Made by a program: the position numbers and the translations under genes
Assembly (NCBI GenBank): GCA_038249055.1
Contig: JBBRWS010000001.1
Coordinates: 78,244-142,243 of the forward strand
Direction of reading: 5' to 3'
Source: Minisyncoccia bacterium
GTDB lineage: Bacteria > Patescibacteriota > Minisyncoccia > Phycocordibacterales > UBA9973
DNA length: 64,000 nucleotides
Shown: piece by piece, positions 1 to 9,711 of the stretch
How the letters are laid out: each line of letters begins with the position of its first letter
How positions within the stretch are numbered: the stretch's first letter is position 1
The notes under the pieces: model-generated
What the model was told of the DNA's origin: nothing
What the model saw: the letters and a program-made list of their open reading frames with translations, nothing else
Database searches by the model: none

Positions 1-76
1 TTATTGGAATTCGATTATAGAAAATATAAGGGGATTTAAGATATTAAATTATTAAATTATAAGTTATAATTTAATA

Positions 77-589
77 ATGGAAAATATTACAGAAAATAGT
101 AGTAATTTAATTATTAACGAAAAGAAAACAAAAAGTCGCGTATCTTTTTATATTGGCTTATTAATTAAGTCTATTATTTTTTTTATTTTTATATTAATTA
201 TATTAAAATCAATATTTCGTCCTACAGGAAGAGAATTTGATGGAATACAATATTTTTATTATTCTTTTATTATAACAATAATTTTATTTTCTATATTTTC
301 AGTTATCTATGAAATTAAAAGATACAATATAAAATTATTAACTGGAAGCAATATAATATCAATTACAAAAATTAGATCTTTATCAATTATAATGTTAATA
401 ATATCTTGTTTATTAATATTAAAGTATTTAGAATCTTCTGTATCAGTAGCCAATTATATTTTGTATCTTTCTGTGTTTCTAAGTTTAATGATTTACTCTT
501 TAACAATATTTAATAAAAAATATGCTAATATATTATTTATTATTAGTTTTCCAATATATATTATTACAATATTAATATCAATATTTTAG
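77..589 (+). CDS. Hypothetical multi-pass membrane protein
   Basis: 170 aa ORF with about 5 hydrophobic segments; no family motif recognised. Confidence 0.7.
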   Translation: MENITENSSNLIINEKKTKSRVSFYIGLLIKSIIFFIFILIILKSIFRPTGREFDGIQYFYYSFIITIILFSIFSVIYEIKRYNIKLLTGSNIISITKIRSLSIIMLIISCLLILKYLESSVSVANYILYLSVFLSLMIYSLTIFNKKYANILFIISFPIYIITILISIF

Positions 590-600
590 ATATTTAAAAT

Positions 601-935
601 GTGTGACCATACAGAGACTATGAGTACATTTATCGGCTACCACGTAGTCACCCAGTAGGTCAATTAACTAATTGAGGTATTTCGCTCTAGTTAGCACTAG
701 AGAACGAAAGATCTTTCTATTCTCCTCACGGTTCGATTGACTAATTGTCTGAAGCACGTGACGAAGGTCACGTGCTTAGGGTCACAAATAAATAATCGAC
801 TTAAGTCGGATTTTATCTGTGAGGGTTCTCGAGATAGAACAAGTTGATACATTGCCCAGTAAAGCTTGTTTTAATAATTTTACTTAAAATTTTTTAGCCT
901 TCTTGTGAGATTATAAAAAGTGGCAGTACTAAGAC
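601..935. repeat. tRNA-Glu 3'-end-derived element, copy A
   Basis: 603-617 matches 39727-39741 at 14/15; 731-785 is an inverted tRNA 3' end split by a 25-nt hairpin; 773-930 is highly similar to 17304-17470. Confidence 0.8.
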
Positions 936-1045
936 TATTAAAATTATTACAGAATGCTGTATATTTACATTTAGATATGCATTGACATTTCATATTTTTA
1001 TGATATTATTTCAAAAAATGCTATTTAAAAACCAATACATAAAGT

Positions 1046-1861
1046 ATGAATATAAAAGGAACAGGAAACAAGATTTATGCTACTGTAAGACAGCTTGCAT
1101 CAAATCCAAACTTTAATCTCTATGAATGTTTGGAAGGAGAACAGACCTATTTTCTTAAAATTGCCAAAAGCAAAGCTGAAAATGGGACTCTTGAAAAAGA
1201 GGAGTATATCCTAAAAACATTAAAAGAGGTTTCGGACAATGTTGAGATTGAATACGCAAAGAAAAGAACAAGACCGGATTCAGTATTGAACAACCACTTT
1301 TTTTTCCCAGAGATTGTTGATTCATTTATTTGTAAGGAACAGCAAAATCGCAGGGTCCTAATTTTGGGACTCACGAGTGTTTCAAAACAAACTAGTGATT
1401 TAGCACCCATCTCTTTTATTACAAAAAGGGATATGGTTAAAATCGACCCAAAAACAAGTGTTTGGATTCTTGGAAAACTTTTGAAAATGCTTGTTTTTAC
1501 TCACGGTCAAAATGTTTTGGTTCGTGATTTAAGTGCAGACAATATTCTTGTAAATAAAGCACAGCATTATGTTTCAGTTTTAAACTGGGGAGATGCTTTG
1601 ATTTTGAACAGGGAGTTGGAGCAAAAAGAATGCTTAATTGAAATTGTTGGTGTCACCAAGGAAGTTGTAAAACTTTTAGGTGGAAATCCTACGACAGGAG
1701 AAATTCCCGAAGATGAACAAATGGAAGATTCTCGATATCAAGATTTATTAAAAAAATTGATTCGAGGAGAATATCATGATGCTTATCTTGCACACTCTGA
1801 TTTTTATGGAATTGTTAGGTCTATATGGCCGAGTAAATTCCATCCTTATACAACAAAGTAA
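1046..1861 (+). CDS. Protein kinase-like protein (divergent)
   Basis: FLKIA lysine, helix-C Glu, RDLSADNILV catalytic loop; DFG replaced by NWG. Confidence 0.75.
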   Translation: MNIKGTGNKIYATVRQLASNPNFNLYECLEGEQTYFLKIAKSKAENGTLEKEEYILKTLKEVSDNVEIEYAKKRTRPDSVLNNHFFFPEIVDSFICKEQQNRRVLILGLTSVSKQTSDLAPISFITKRDMVKIDPKTSVWILGKLLKMLVFTHGQNVLVRDLSADNILVNKAQHYVSVLNWGDALILNRELEQKECLIEIVGVTKEVVKLLGGNPTTGEIPEDEQMEDSRYQDLLKKLIRGEYHDAYLAHSDFYGIVRSIWPSKFHPYTTK

Positions 1862-1895
1862 ATTTTTTATTTTTTCACAATTAAAATCATTTAAA

Positions 1896-2996
1896 ATGAA
1901 CGACAAAGATGTCTTATCAGACAAGGTTTACAAAGACTTTAAAAGTAATGTAAACACTGATCACGTAACCTCAAAGGCGCAGGAACGTCACGAAAAAGGC
2001 TTAGGCCTTGATCCTCTGGTGGATCCAGCAAGTAATGGCGTCATTAGACGCTCTCTCAACCGCATGGAACCCGAAGGTTTATTATTCAGGCTGGTTATGG
2101 GGATTGCAATGCTTGTCGAAGAGCGACTCGATACAACGGGTTCATTCAAGAGAAATGTTGACATAGCTTTCAGAGTTCTTCCAAGAACATATGAACTTTT
2201 AAGAAAGGTTCTTGGGCGCTATGACCTTCAGATGATCAATGCAATTTTTGCTGATGCTTTGGACGATTACATTCTCTGCCGGTCACATGCCGAAATGGGG
2301 ATAAAGATTGCCGAGCAAATGACGCTTATGGTGCCAGAGGGTGGAGGAAAGGGAAATCACGGAGAAGATCCTCAATATGGATTGTTCGGTGGAGCATATC
2401 TGACAAGTGCAGATATTAATCGCTATGGTTTAAAGTCTTACGACTTTACTGTAACAGATGAGCCTTCTCATGAGCCAGTTCTTAAATCGCAGCTTGAAAG
2501 GGTTTTTGGAAAAGAAGTTTTCGATAAGGTTAAGGAAAACGGTTTTGAAATTGACCCAAACAATCTACCTTCTGTAAAACAGGTGATAGACAAGTTGCTC
2601 GAAAGAGCTCATGCGTTCGTGTTTCTTGTAGACATGGACGGTGAAGCCAATGATTACTGGACTACTGTAATTGCTCAAAACAGGATTATTTACCTGGAAG
2701 ACACCAATTATTTACCCGAAGTAAAAGCTGCAATTATCGGCTTAACTGAAGGAGTTTTGACCCTATCTGATCTGGAAGACTTTTTGGTCAACGAGGCAAA
2801 CGTTTCAAAAGACGTTGCCAAGATGATTAAACGCGCCGTAGCCGGAATTCCAATCGGTGCACAAGCTCTACTTGAAAACTTTGACAAAATCCCACTGAAG
2901 GGTGACTTGTTCAAAGAAAAGAGAGATATATGGCCGACAGATGAAATTCCCGAAGAAGATGGTTCTGAAGAACCTCCTAAAACAGAATGGTTGTAA
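1896..2996 (+). CDS. vWA-domain protein
   Basis: LDTTGSF MIDAS-like motif, GGGKGNHGED loop, VTDEP; start moved to ATG 1896 to avoid a long overlap with the kinase. Confidence 0.7.
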   Translation: MNDKDVLSDKVYKDFKSNVNTDHVTSKAQERHEKGLGLDPLVDPASNGVIRRSLNRMEPEGLLFRLVMGIAMLVEERLDTTGSFKRNVDIAFRVLPRTYELLRKVLGRYDLQMINAIFADALDDYILCRSHAEMGIKIAEQMTLMVPEGGGKGNHGEDPQYGLFGGAYLTSADINRYGLKSYDFTVTDEPSHEPVLKSQLERVFGKEVFDKVKENGFEIDPNNLPSVKQVIDKLLERAHAFVFLVDMDGEANDYWTTVIAQNRIIYLEDTNYLPEVKAAIIGLTEGVLTLSDLEDFLVNEANVSKDVAKMIKRAVAGIPIGAQALLENFDKIPLKGDLFKEKRDIWPTDEIPEEDGSEEPPKTEWL

Positions 2997-3003
2997 AACA
3001 TTG

Positions 3004-3038
3004 ATGAGGTGACCTATAAATTATTTAGGTCACCTCAT
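3004..3038. other. Intergenic 13-bp stem-loop
   Basis: ATGAGGTGACCTA / TAGGTCACCTCAT perfect inverted repeat between vWA and PurA-like genes. Confidence 0.7.
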
Positions 3039-3054
3039 TTAAAAAACTTTACGA

Positions 3055-4458
3055 ATGAAAGAAAAGAAAATCTTTGTGATAGTTGATGTTGGCTTTGGTG
3101 ATAATGTAAAAGGTGGAACAGCACATAAAGTAGGTGTTGTTAAGAAAGCCCATACATTTATCAAAGTCGGTGGGTGCCAATGTAGCCACGGTGTTTTTAC
3201 TTCAGATGGTAAAGAAAATAATTTTCATCATTTTGGATGTGGAACATTTGAAGGCTCAAAAACCTACATTAGCGAGAGAATGGTTATTGAACCATATAGA
3301 TTATTGATTGAAGCAAGTAACTTGCAAGATGAATGGGGAATTCACAACATTTTTGATTATCTAACTATTGATAGAAATTGTCTTTGTGTGACTCCTTTTC
3401 ATACCTTGAGTTCAAGGTTCAGGGAGTTGCTTCGAAAAGATAATCCTAAAGGTATCGTTGGTGTAGGTGTTGGAGAAACACTTCGCGATCAGAAAGATTT
3501 TCCCGATGAAGCAATTTATGCTAAAGATTTAAACAGTCCAAGTCTTAGAAAAAAACTCGAATTAGTAAGAGAAAGAAAGTTTGAAGAATTCAAAAACATA
3601 CTTTCTTATGATTGCAATTTGTTAGATTATTTTCATAAGGCAGATATTGAAAAAGCTTCCGAGTTTATTGATTTATTTCACGACAGTGATTTTATAAATC
3701 GCATCGTTGATGTTTTCAATGAAGTTTACTCAAAAATTACTATTACAGATGAAATTTATTTCAGGAATCTTCTTGAAAAAGATGGAGTCATGGTGATGGA
3801 GAGTTCTCATGGAGTTTTGAATGATAGATTGTACGGTTTCCAACCTCACGTTACTGAATTGCGAATTCTACCTCAGCTCAACATTGAAATGCTAAATAAA
3901 TATGGCTTTTCAGGTGATTTGGTAAAATTAGGAGCTACTCGTGCTTACCAGGTACGACATGGAGCTGGCTCTATTGTTACTTACGATCAAGAGATGACTA
4001 AAAATTTAATTCCAGATGGAAATAAGTTAGACAATCGCTGGCAAGGTAAAGTTCGTGCTGGAGCTCTTGATTTTGTGTCATTACAATACGCTATCGATAT
4101 TTGCGGAGGGCCTGAATTTTTTGATGGGATTTCTGTTAGTTGGCTTGATCAAATAGAACTTTTGAAAAAATGGGACATTTGTGATAGTTACAATGGTAAC
4201 AATGATTTAGATTTTTTCTTGCCAGATGGAAAGATAAAAGTTTATAAGCCAGTAGATGACCAAGCTTTGGTCGAGCATCAAAAGTTGCTAACCATGCAAT
4301 TAGACAGATGCACTCCAAATCTAAAATCCTATGACATCAAAGGGATGTCGAGAGAATTGTTCCTACGTTTATGTTCATCTGTGTTTGAAGAAAAACTGAA
4401 AGTCCCAGTAAAAATGGCGAGTTTTGGTAAGTCCGAAAACGACAGAATACTTATGTAA
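3055..4458 (+). CDS. Divergent adenylosuccinate synthetase (PurA)-like protein
   Basis: GFGDNVKGG (cf. WGDEGKGK), GGCQCSHGV (cf. GGxNAGHTV), MESSHG (cf. FEGAQG), RAYQVRHGAG, RAGALD. Confidence 0.85.
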   Translation: MKEKKIFVIVDVGFGDNVKGGTAHKVGVVKKAHTFIKVGGCQCSHGVFTSDGKENNFHHFGCGTFEGSKTYISERMVIEPYRLLIEASNLQDEWGIHNIFDYLTIDRNCLCVTPFHTLSSRFRELLRKDNPKGIVGVGVGETLRDQKDFPDEAIYAKDLNSPSLRKKLELVRERKFEEFKNILSYDCNLLDYFHKADIEKASEFIDLFHDSDFINRIVDVFNEVYSKITITDEIYFRNLLEKDGVMVMESSHGVLNDRLYGFQPHVTELRILPQLNIEMLNKYGFSGDLVKLGATRAYQVRHGAGSIVTYDQEMTKNLIPDGNKLDNRWQGKVRAGALDFVSLQYAIDICGGPEFFDGISVSWLDQIELLKKWDICDSYNGNNDLDFFLPDGKIKVYKPVDDQALVEHQKLLTMQLDRCTPNLKSYDIKGMSRELFLRLCSSVFEEKLKVPVKMASFGKSENDRILM

Positions 4459-4466
4459 ATTGATTA

Positions 4467-4499
4467 AAAAGGTGGAGCTTAGGCTTCACCTTTTTTTTA
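4467..4499 (+). terminator. Intrinsic terminator
   Basis: AAAAGGTGGAGC-TTAG-GCTTCACC followed by a T-run. Confidence 0.8.
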
Positions 4500-4520
4500 T
4501 TTTTATCTAAAATCTACCCC

Positions 4521-4547
4521 TTGACAAAACGGCAGATGTTATATAAT
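4521..4547 (+). promoter_or_regulatory. Sigma70-type promoter
   Basis: TTGACA at 4521 with TATAAT downstream, ahead of the 4661 ORF. Confidence 0.6.
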
Positions 4548-4660
4548 ATATGCACTAAGATTGAAAGAATTAAGTTCTTCTAAAGTAAATAATTTAAAAA
4601 ACGAAATTACAATAAAAAATTTTGATTTAAACCATTTTTTCTAACTTAAAAAACAAAAAG

Positions 4661-5767
4661 ATGAATGAAGAATTGAAAGCCCTATTGATTGGGTTAGGTC
4701 TTAATGAAGACCAAATTCAGAACCTTGCCAACGAAGGTGTTGTGACCATTGAAGACTTAAAATTGTTTTCAGAGCAGGATATCAAAGAAAAAACTGGAGC
4801 CGGACTTGTTACTGTGAGAAAAATTGTAGCAACTTTGTTTCCAAAGATTGAAAATCCTGTTTCTACCACAGCAATGTCGTTTAGCGCAGATGTTTTGCCG
4901 GAAATACCATCAGAAGAATCATGGCTCAGCGCTTTACGTGCCGGCGGAGTCCTTAAGGTAGAACAATCAACTGTGATTTCTGCAATCAGAGCGGCTCTTG
5001 CCGATAAGGTTGGTCTCTATGATCTTCCTTCAAAAATTGTGAAGGCCATGGAAACTTTCGCTGATGCTAATGCAGAACCGGTTCCTGCAAAAGAATTTTT
5101 TGCAATCAGAAAGCAACTTGTTAGAAAAAGCTATGCTGACATCTTTGAAGCCATTGATGGTCTCGACGGGAGTTTTGTTACTGATGCCAGGAAAAATGCT
5201 TTCCTTAAAAAAGTTGATGAACTTTTGTGGCCTGCGATTGTGTCATTCTATGCTCAGCTTAAAGCTTGGGTTGATGCATGGCAACAAGGAGCTTCTAACC
5301 CGGGAACGATGATGAACATCATGGCTACTGTTATGGCTGGTGGTAAAGTGCCTGCAGGAATGATCTCTGCTCCTCCTGAAACTGGAACACTTCGTGATGA
5401 GGCCGACGCCTTGAACGATGGTATAAACAAAGTTTTTTCTGGAGTAGGTGCCCAGATTGCAGCAGCTTTGGCATATGAAGCATCAAGTATTAAAAAGATG
5501 CTTGAAAATACCCAGCTGCCATCAATGATTGGGGTTGCTAACCGCGAACAAATGTTGAGAACTCTTAAAGCAGATGTTCCCGCTACGTATCCGCGTTTGG
5601 AAACAAACCTCTCTAAATTCGTACTTGGAGTATTGAAAGTAAAAGACATCGCCGATGGTGATGAAGCACTTCAATACTTTACCTCACTTCACATGCTCGG
5701 GGCACAAATTCCCTGGGATAAGCTTGGCAAAGGTAATGCCTCTTTAAACATGGGAAGGCAGTTGTAA
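4661..5767 (+). CDS. Hypothetical protein with N-terminal SAM/HhH-like helical domain
   Basis: LANEGVVTIEDLKLFSEQDIKEKTGAGLVTVRKI pattern; own promoter and terminator. Confidence 0.7.
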   Translation: MNEELKALLIGLGLNEDQIQNLANEGVVTIEDLKLFSEQDIKEKTGAGLVTVRKIVATLFPKIENPVSTTAMSFSADVLPEIPSEESWLSALRAGGVLKVEQSTVISAIRAALADKVGLYDLPSKIVKAMETFADANAEPVPAKEFFAIRKQLVRKSYADIFEAIDGLDGSFVTDARKNAFLKKVDELLWPAIVSFYAQLKAWVDAWQQGASNPGTMMNIMATVMAGGKVPAGMISAPPETGTLRDEADALNDGINKVFSGVGAQIAAALAYEASSIKKMLENTQLPSMIGVANREQMLRTLKADVPATYPRLETNLSKFVLGVLKVKDIADGDEALQYFTSLHMLGAQIPWDKLGKGNASLNMGRQL

Positions 5768-5820
5768 TCGTTCTTTTAAACAAAAAACAAAAAGACTCAC
5801 CATTTTTACGGTGGGTCTTT

Positions 5821-7785
5821 TTATTTTTCAAGTTGAGGTAAAAATACTTTTGTGATAAATAACTTTGTTGCTAGTCTTCGGTATCCTGAATCCCAGAACA
5901 TACTATTCCCATCAATATCTTTAGAGTTTTTAGTTTTAATTCCTCCTTGTTCCGCATTTAAACGCGCATATCCTTTGTGAAGTAATCTGTATTGGAGAGT
6001 ATCTCTCTCGAGTTCTTTCATCCATATTCTGCGAGCATCTATGTCTGCTATCTTTTTATCTTTAGAATATAAAAATCCTGGAAGTAATTTTTCATATAGT
6101 TCTTTTATTGCTTCTTTTTTACCACACCATGCACCTTCTAGTAGTACGCTTATTGTTGCACTGCTTGCTTGTTTGTCATCGCTATCTTCTAAATCTTGAA
6201 TCTGTAGTTCACCCCCTTCATTTTTTAGCCAAAATTCAAGAGCTTTACCGTTTATTTTTTTTTCTGTAAATGTTTCATTTAGAAGTTTTCTAATATTTGT
6301 TTTTTCATCGTTAGAAACATTTGGTTTAACAAAAATAGCGATATCAGTGTCTGAATTTTTTGTTCCATAACCTTTTATTTTTGAACCATACACTATTGAA
6401 ATAGGGTATATATACTTACTAAGTTCAGTATTATTTTCAATAGATTCGGTTATTTTTGAAATATAGTTTATTTCTTCAATTGTTTCTTGTTTATTATTTG
6501 AAAAAAATGGAGTATCAATTTTTTGTATTTGGATATTATTTTTATCTATATATTTATCGTCTATAATACCAACAGATGCAAATCTTGACCATGTGCCAAT
6601 AAGAGCATCTTCTACTTCTGGTGTACTTTCGTTTTGTAAACTTTGCAATATTGGTTCAAATTTCTCTAATGATTTCTGAGATTCTTCTATATTTGTAGTT
6701 GCCTTATTTTCAATATACTTACGTATACCATCTATTACGATTTGTTTAGATATAGATATTTCGTTTGCTTCCATCCATTTTTGGATATCGTTCAAAGATA
6801 GAGATTCGTTTTCTATGCCCTTAAATAAATTATCGGAATATTTATTTATTAGTTTTTTTAAATTTTCTTGTTTAATCCAAGCCGCTCTTTCTTTTGTAAA
6901 ATTAGAAAATTCTTCCTGTTTGCCATCTGATAGGTTTAAGTCTTTTTCAATTTCATCGTTTATTCCACTTAGCCAATTTTTATCATAATTTTTTTCATCT
7001 ACATTCTCATTATTTATTTTTCCTTCACCAGCTTTTATGATTGGATACATATTTCTAATTAATATTTCTTTTGAATTTAAAATCAATTCAAAATCATTTT
7101 CTGAAATCAAACCCATATCATTTAAGACGGGGAGGGTGTCAGCAATACTATTTTTTAAAACATTGTCGTCACTATCTTCCATTATTTTAATTACTTCAGA
7201 AAAAGGTAGTAGATTCTTCTTCACAATAATCGGTATAAGGTGAGCAGCCTTGTTTACTTTTTCGTGTGGTCCATTTCTTAGCTCTGGTTCAAGTAGGTCA
7301 CCATCTATAAAATTTGCACGAAAATCATTAACAGAAAGAAGTTCTTTCCATTTTTCCATATAAGTAGTAGAGAAATTGTTTATTGATTGTGAGAGTTCTT
7401 TATTTTCAGTTTCAATATCTTTTTGTGGTAAAAGTTCAAAAGGGAAGTATAATACCATTCTATTATTGTAAGGGTCACTTTCGAGTAGCTCTGAAAGCTT
7501 GTTGTACATATCTGTAGCTTTTTCTATAGGTAACAGTTTTTTCTCTAGTATCTCTTCTATCTCCATAGTATATGGAATAGAGGAAAGTGAATCAAAATGA
7601 TTTGATAAATTTTGTCTTAATTGAGCTTGTTCTATTAGTTCTTTGTTGTTATTGATTTCATTAGGCCAAAGAGAATCTTTTTGTCCTGGATATAGTAATG
7701 ATTCTCCTGCTGGAGCTACAATTACATTTTTGGATTCTATAGTTTCAATCTTTATTTGAGGTGGTTTTTGGTCAGGTTTAAACAT
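5821..7785 (-). CDS. Large protein with C-terminal Pol-beta-family nucleotidyltransferase domain
   Basis: YGSKIKGY...SDTDIAIFV is a GS + DxD signature; long helical N-terminal part. Confidence 0.7.
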   Translation of the reverse strand: MFKPDQKPPQIKIETIESKNVIVAPAGESLLYPGQKDSLWPNEINNNKELIEQAQLRQNLSNHFDSLSSIPYTMEIEEILEKKLLPIEKATDMYNKLSELLESDPYNNRMVLYFPFELLPQKDIETENKELSQSINNFSTTYMEKWKELLSVNDFRANFIDGDLLEPELRNGPHEKVNKAAHLIPIIVKKNLLPFSEVIKIMEDSDDNVLKNSIADTLPVLNDMGLISENDFELILNSKEILIRNMYPIIKAGEGKINNENVDEKNYDKNWLSGINDEIEKDLNLSDGKQEEFSNFTKERAAWIKQENLKKLINKYSDNLFKGIENESLSLNDIQKWMEANEISISKQIVIDGIRKYIENKATTNIEESQKSLEKFEPILQSLQNESTPEVEDALIGTWSRFASVGIIDDKYIDKNNIQIQKIDTPFFSNNKQETIEEINYISKITESIENNTELSKYIYPISIVYGSKIKGYGTKNSDTDIAIFVKPNVSNDEKTNIRKLLNETFTEKKINGKALEFWLKNEGGELQIQDLEDSDDKQASSATISVLLEGAWCGKKEAIKELYEKLLPGFLYSKDKKIADIDARRIWMKELERDTLQYRLLHKGYARLNAEQGGIKTKNSKDIDGNSMFWDSGYRRLATKLFITKVFLPQLEK

Positions 7786-7967
7786 AAATTTTATATTGTT
7801 TATTGTTAGATAATAACACTTTGATGTTGTTATTCAAAGCTGGGGTGTGGAGGTATTTTGAAACAATGGATGAGGTTAACAACTAATTTGCTGGAACTCG
7901 ATTATTAATAATATGTTGATTTCTATTCTAATGTGATGTTACTCAAAAATAATGATATAATTACAAA

Positions 7968-8132
7968 ATGCAGGATAAGAATATAATATCTAAAATTAAT
8001 GAAATATACACTAATTTTACAAATAAAATTGGTGATCTTCTTAATAAAAGAAAGGACCTACTTAAAACCTATCGTCAAAAATTAGAAGAAGCTAGAATTA
8101 AAGAAGTCAGGGATTCAATTCTAAAACAATAA
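7968..8132 (+). CDS. Small coiled-coil hypothetical protein (54 aa, not in ORF track)
   Basis: MQDKNIISKINEIY...VRDSILKQ; TGATATAAT just upstream; stop 1 nt before next ATG. Confidence 0.6.
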   Translation: MQDKNIISKINEIYTNFTNKIGDLLNKRKDLLKTYRQKLEEARIKEVRDSILKQ

Positions 8133-8133
8133 T

Positions 8134-9537
8134 ATGAAAGAAGGACTATCAAATACAGAAACCCTAGAAGTAAAAGAACAAGTTTCAGCTACTTTAGAAA
8201 ACAAAGAAAGTGGACAAGAATTTGCGAATAAAATACTTGATAAAATAAAGGGATACATGAACTCTTTTCTTTCAAAGAAAGAGGCTATTGAAAAGATTGA
8301 AAGCACTGTTAACTTCGACGACCCAACAATTAAAGAACAAATTAGAAATGAGATTAATTTAGATAATGAACTATCTAATATAGATAATGAAGTTGAAAAA
8401 GTTCAAACTGAAGCTTCTGAAAATGTTAACTCAACTGTTGGTAATTTTAGTAAGGCCTATCATCATCCAGACTATAGAGATAAAGTAGCAAAACAAATAA
8501 TTGAAGCTAGAAACTCTGGGCAAGATGCTGAAGCTGTCAGAAGTGGGTTCTATGATAAGACTGCTTCAGAGAAAGAAAACTTTGAGTCTCAAGAAAAAGA
8601 AAGAAGTGTAGCAGAGATAATGAAGGAGAAGGATATGGTGATTGTTCATGCAATACCATTAACTTCTTTAGATAGAAAAAGCACTCCAGAAAACAATCTA
8701 ATATTAAAATCAAATGGGTATCAAGATTTTAGGACTAGTGTTGAAATTCTTTCTGGTCTTTCTCCAACAATTTCAACATCTATTCCGTCATCAGACAAAA
8801 GCCAAAATGGTTTATATTATCCTAGTGGTGTAATTTTAGGAGAAGGAAAAGTTTTAACTGCTCAGTCAGAAGACTCTGGGTCAGTTGCACATGGTTTATA
8901 TAAGAGAATTCCAAAATTTGGAGCGGAAAACGAAACCGCAATTCAATCAAAAATAGATATTAATAAAACAGCGGAAGAAGGTTCCAGATATAATGAGCTT
9001 ACAGTAGAGAACCCTCAGATTGCTGGTTTGTTTTATGATTTAACTGAAGAAGACTCTGAACTACCATTGGAGAATCCAAAAAAGAATCAATTAATGGAAA
9101 ATATTGTTAATTCTAGTAGAAGAGAGATGAGCCAAGAAGAAATACAAAAAGAAATAAATAAAATTGATGAAAGATGGAATGAATACGTAGAGGGAAAAGA
9201 GAAAGAAAGACAGCAAAAAAAAATTGCACATAAATTTCAGTTGAATACAATGAAAAATTATTCCGAGGAAATGAATGTCCCTCTCTACATTTTTAAGACA
9301 GAGAAAGGGGAGTTAAAAAAATACAAAATAAAATTTTTACCAAAAGAAACCGAAAGTAAAATGATAGAGGAGTCAGACTATGATTTAGAGGAAGTTACAG
9401 CAAAAGATATTTATGAATCAAAAAGGGATGTCTCAGATGAAGAAAGAAAAAAAATGATTGAGGATATTAAAAGTAAGGGTATTTTATCAGACTCGGCAGA
9501 AAAGGAGGTTGGTAAGAAATTTCAAAGGTTAGAATAA
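8134..9537 (+). CDS. Hypothetical acidic protein with possible ADP-ribosyltransferase-like core
   Basis: 467 aa; VIVH...ISTS...YNEL spacing is reminiscent of ART motifs (weak). Confidence 0.6.
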   Translation: MKEGLSNTETLEVKEQVSATLENKESGQEFANKILDKIKGYMNSFLSKKEAIEKIESTVNFDDPTIKEQIRNEINLDNELSNIDNEVEKVQTEASENVNSTVGNFSKAYHHPDYRDKVAKQIIEARNSGQDAEAVRSGFYDKTASEKENFESQEKERSVAEIMKEKDMVIVHAIPLTSLDRKSTPENNLILKSNGYQDFRTSVEILSGLSPTISTSIPSSDKSQNGLYYPSGVILGEGKVLTAQSEDSGSVAHGLYKRIPKFGAENETAIQSKIDINKTAEEGSRYNELTVENPQIAGLFYDLTEEDSELPLENPKKNQLMENIVNSSRREMSQEEIQKEINKIDERWNEYVEGKEKERQQKKIAHKFQLNTMKNYSEEMNVPLYIFKTEKGELKKYKIKFLPKETESKMIEESDYDLEEVTAKDIYESKRDVSDEERKKMIEDIKSKGILSDSAEKEVGKKFQRLE

Positions 9538-9550
9538 AATTAGAAAAGTC

Positions 9551-9668
9551 TTTCGATTTTTTGACAAACATGACGTAGGTAATGTGCTTAGGGTCACGCA
9601 AAAAAAGAGACTCACTTTCGTGAGTCTCTTTTCTCAACGCGTGAGCCCAGTAGAAATTCGATTGGAAT
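9551..9668. repeat. tRNA-Glu 3'-end-derived element, copy C (partial) with terminator
   Basis: TTCGATTTTTTG + 25 nt + TAGGGTCAC, then hairpin AAGAGACTCAC-TTTC-GTGAGTCTCTT. Confidence 0.7.
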
Positions 9669-9711
9669 AAAATTTATAAATAAAAATGACCCTAAACTTT
9701 CGTTTGTAGGG

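Noticed and set aside
1776-1895. N-terminal extensions in the ORF track (also 27467, 45705, 58466, 63364)
   Set aside because: They overlap neighbouring genes or repeat elements; downstream ATGs match the family N-termini
3055-4458. PurZ (Z-base synthesis) or ordinary purA
   Set aside because: It keeps Asp where PurZ has Ser and has no datZ/mazZ-like neighbours, yet is too altered to be labelled housekeeping purA
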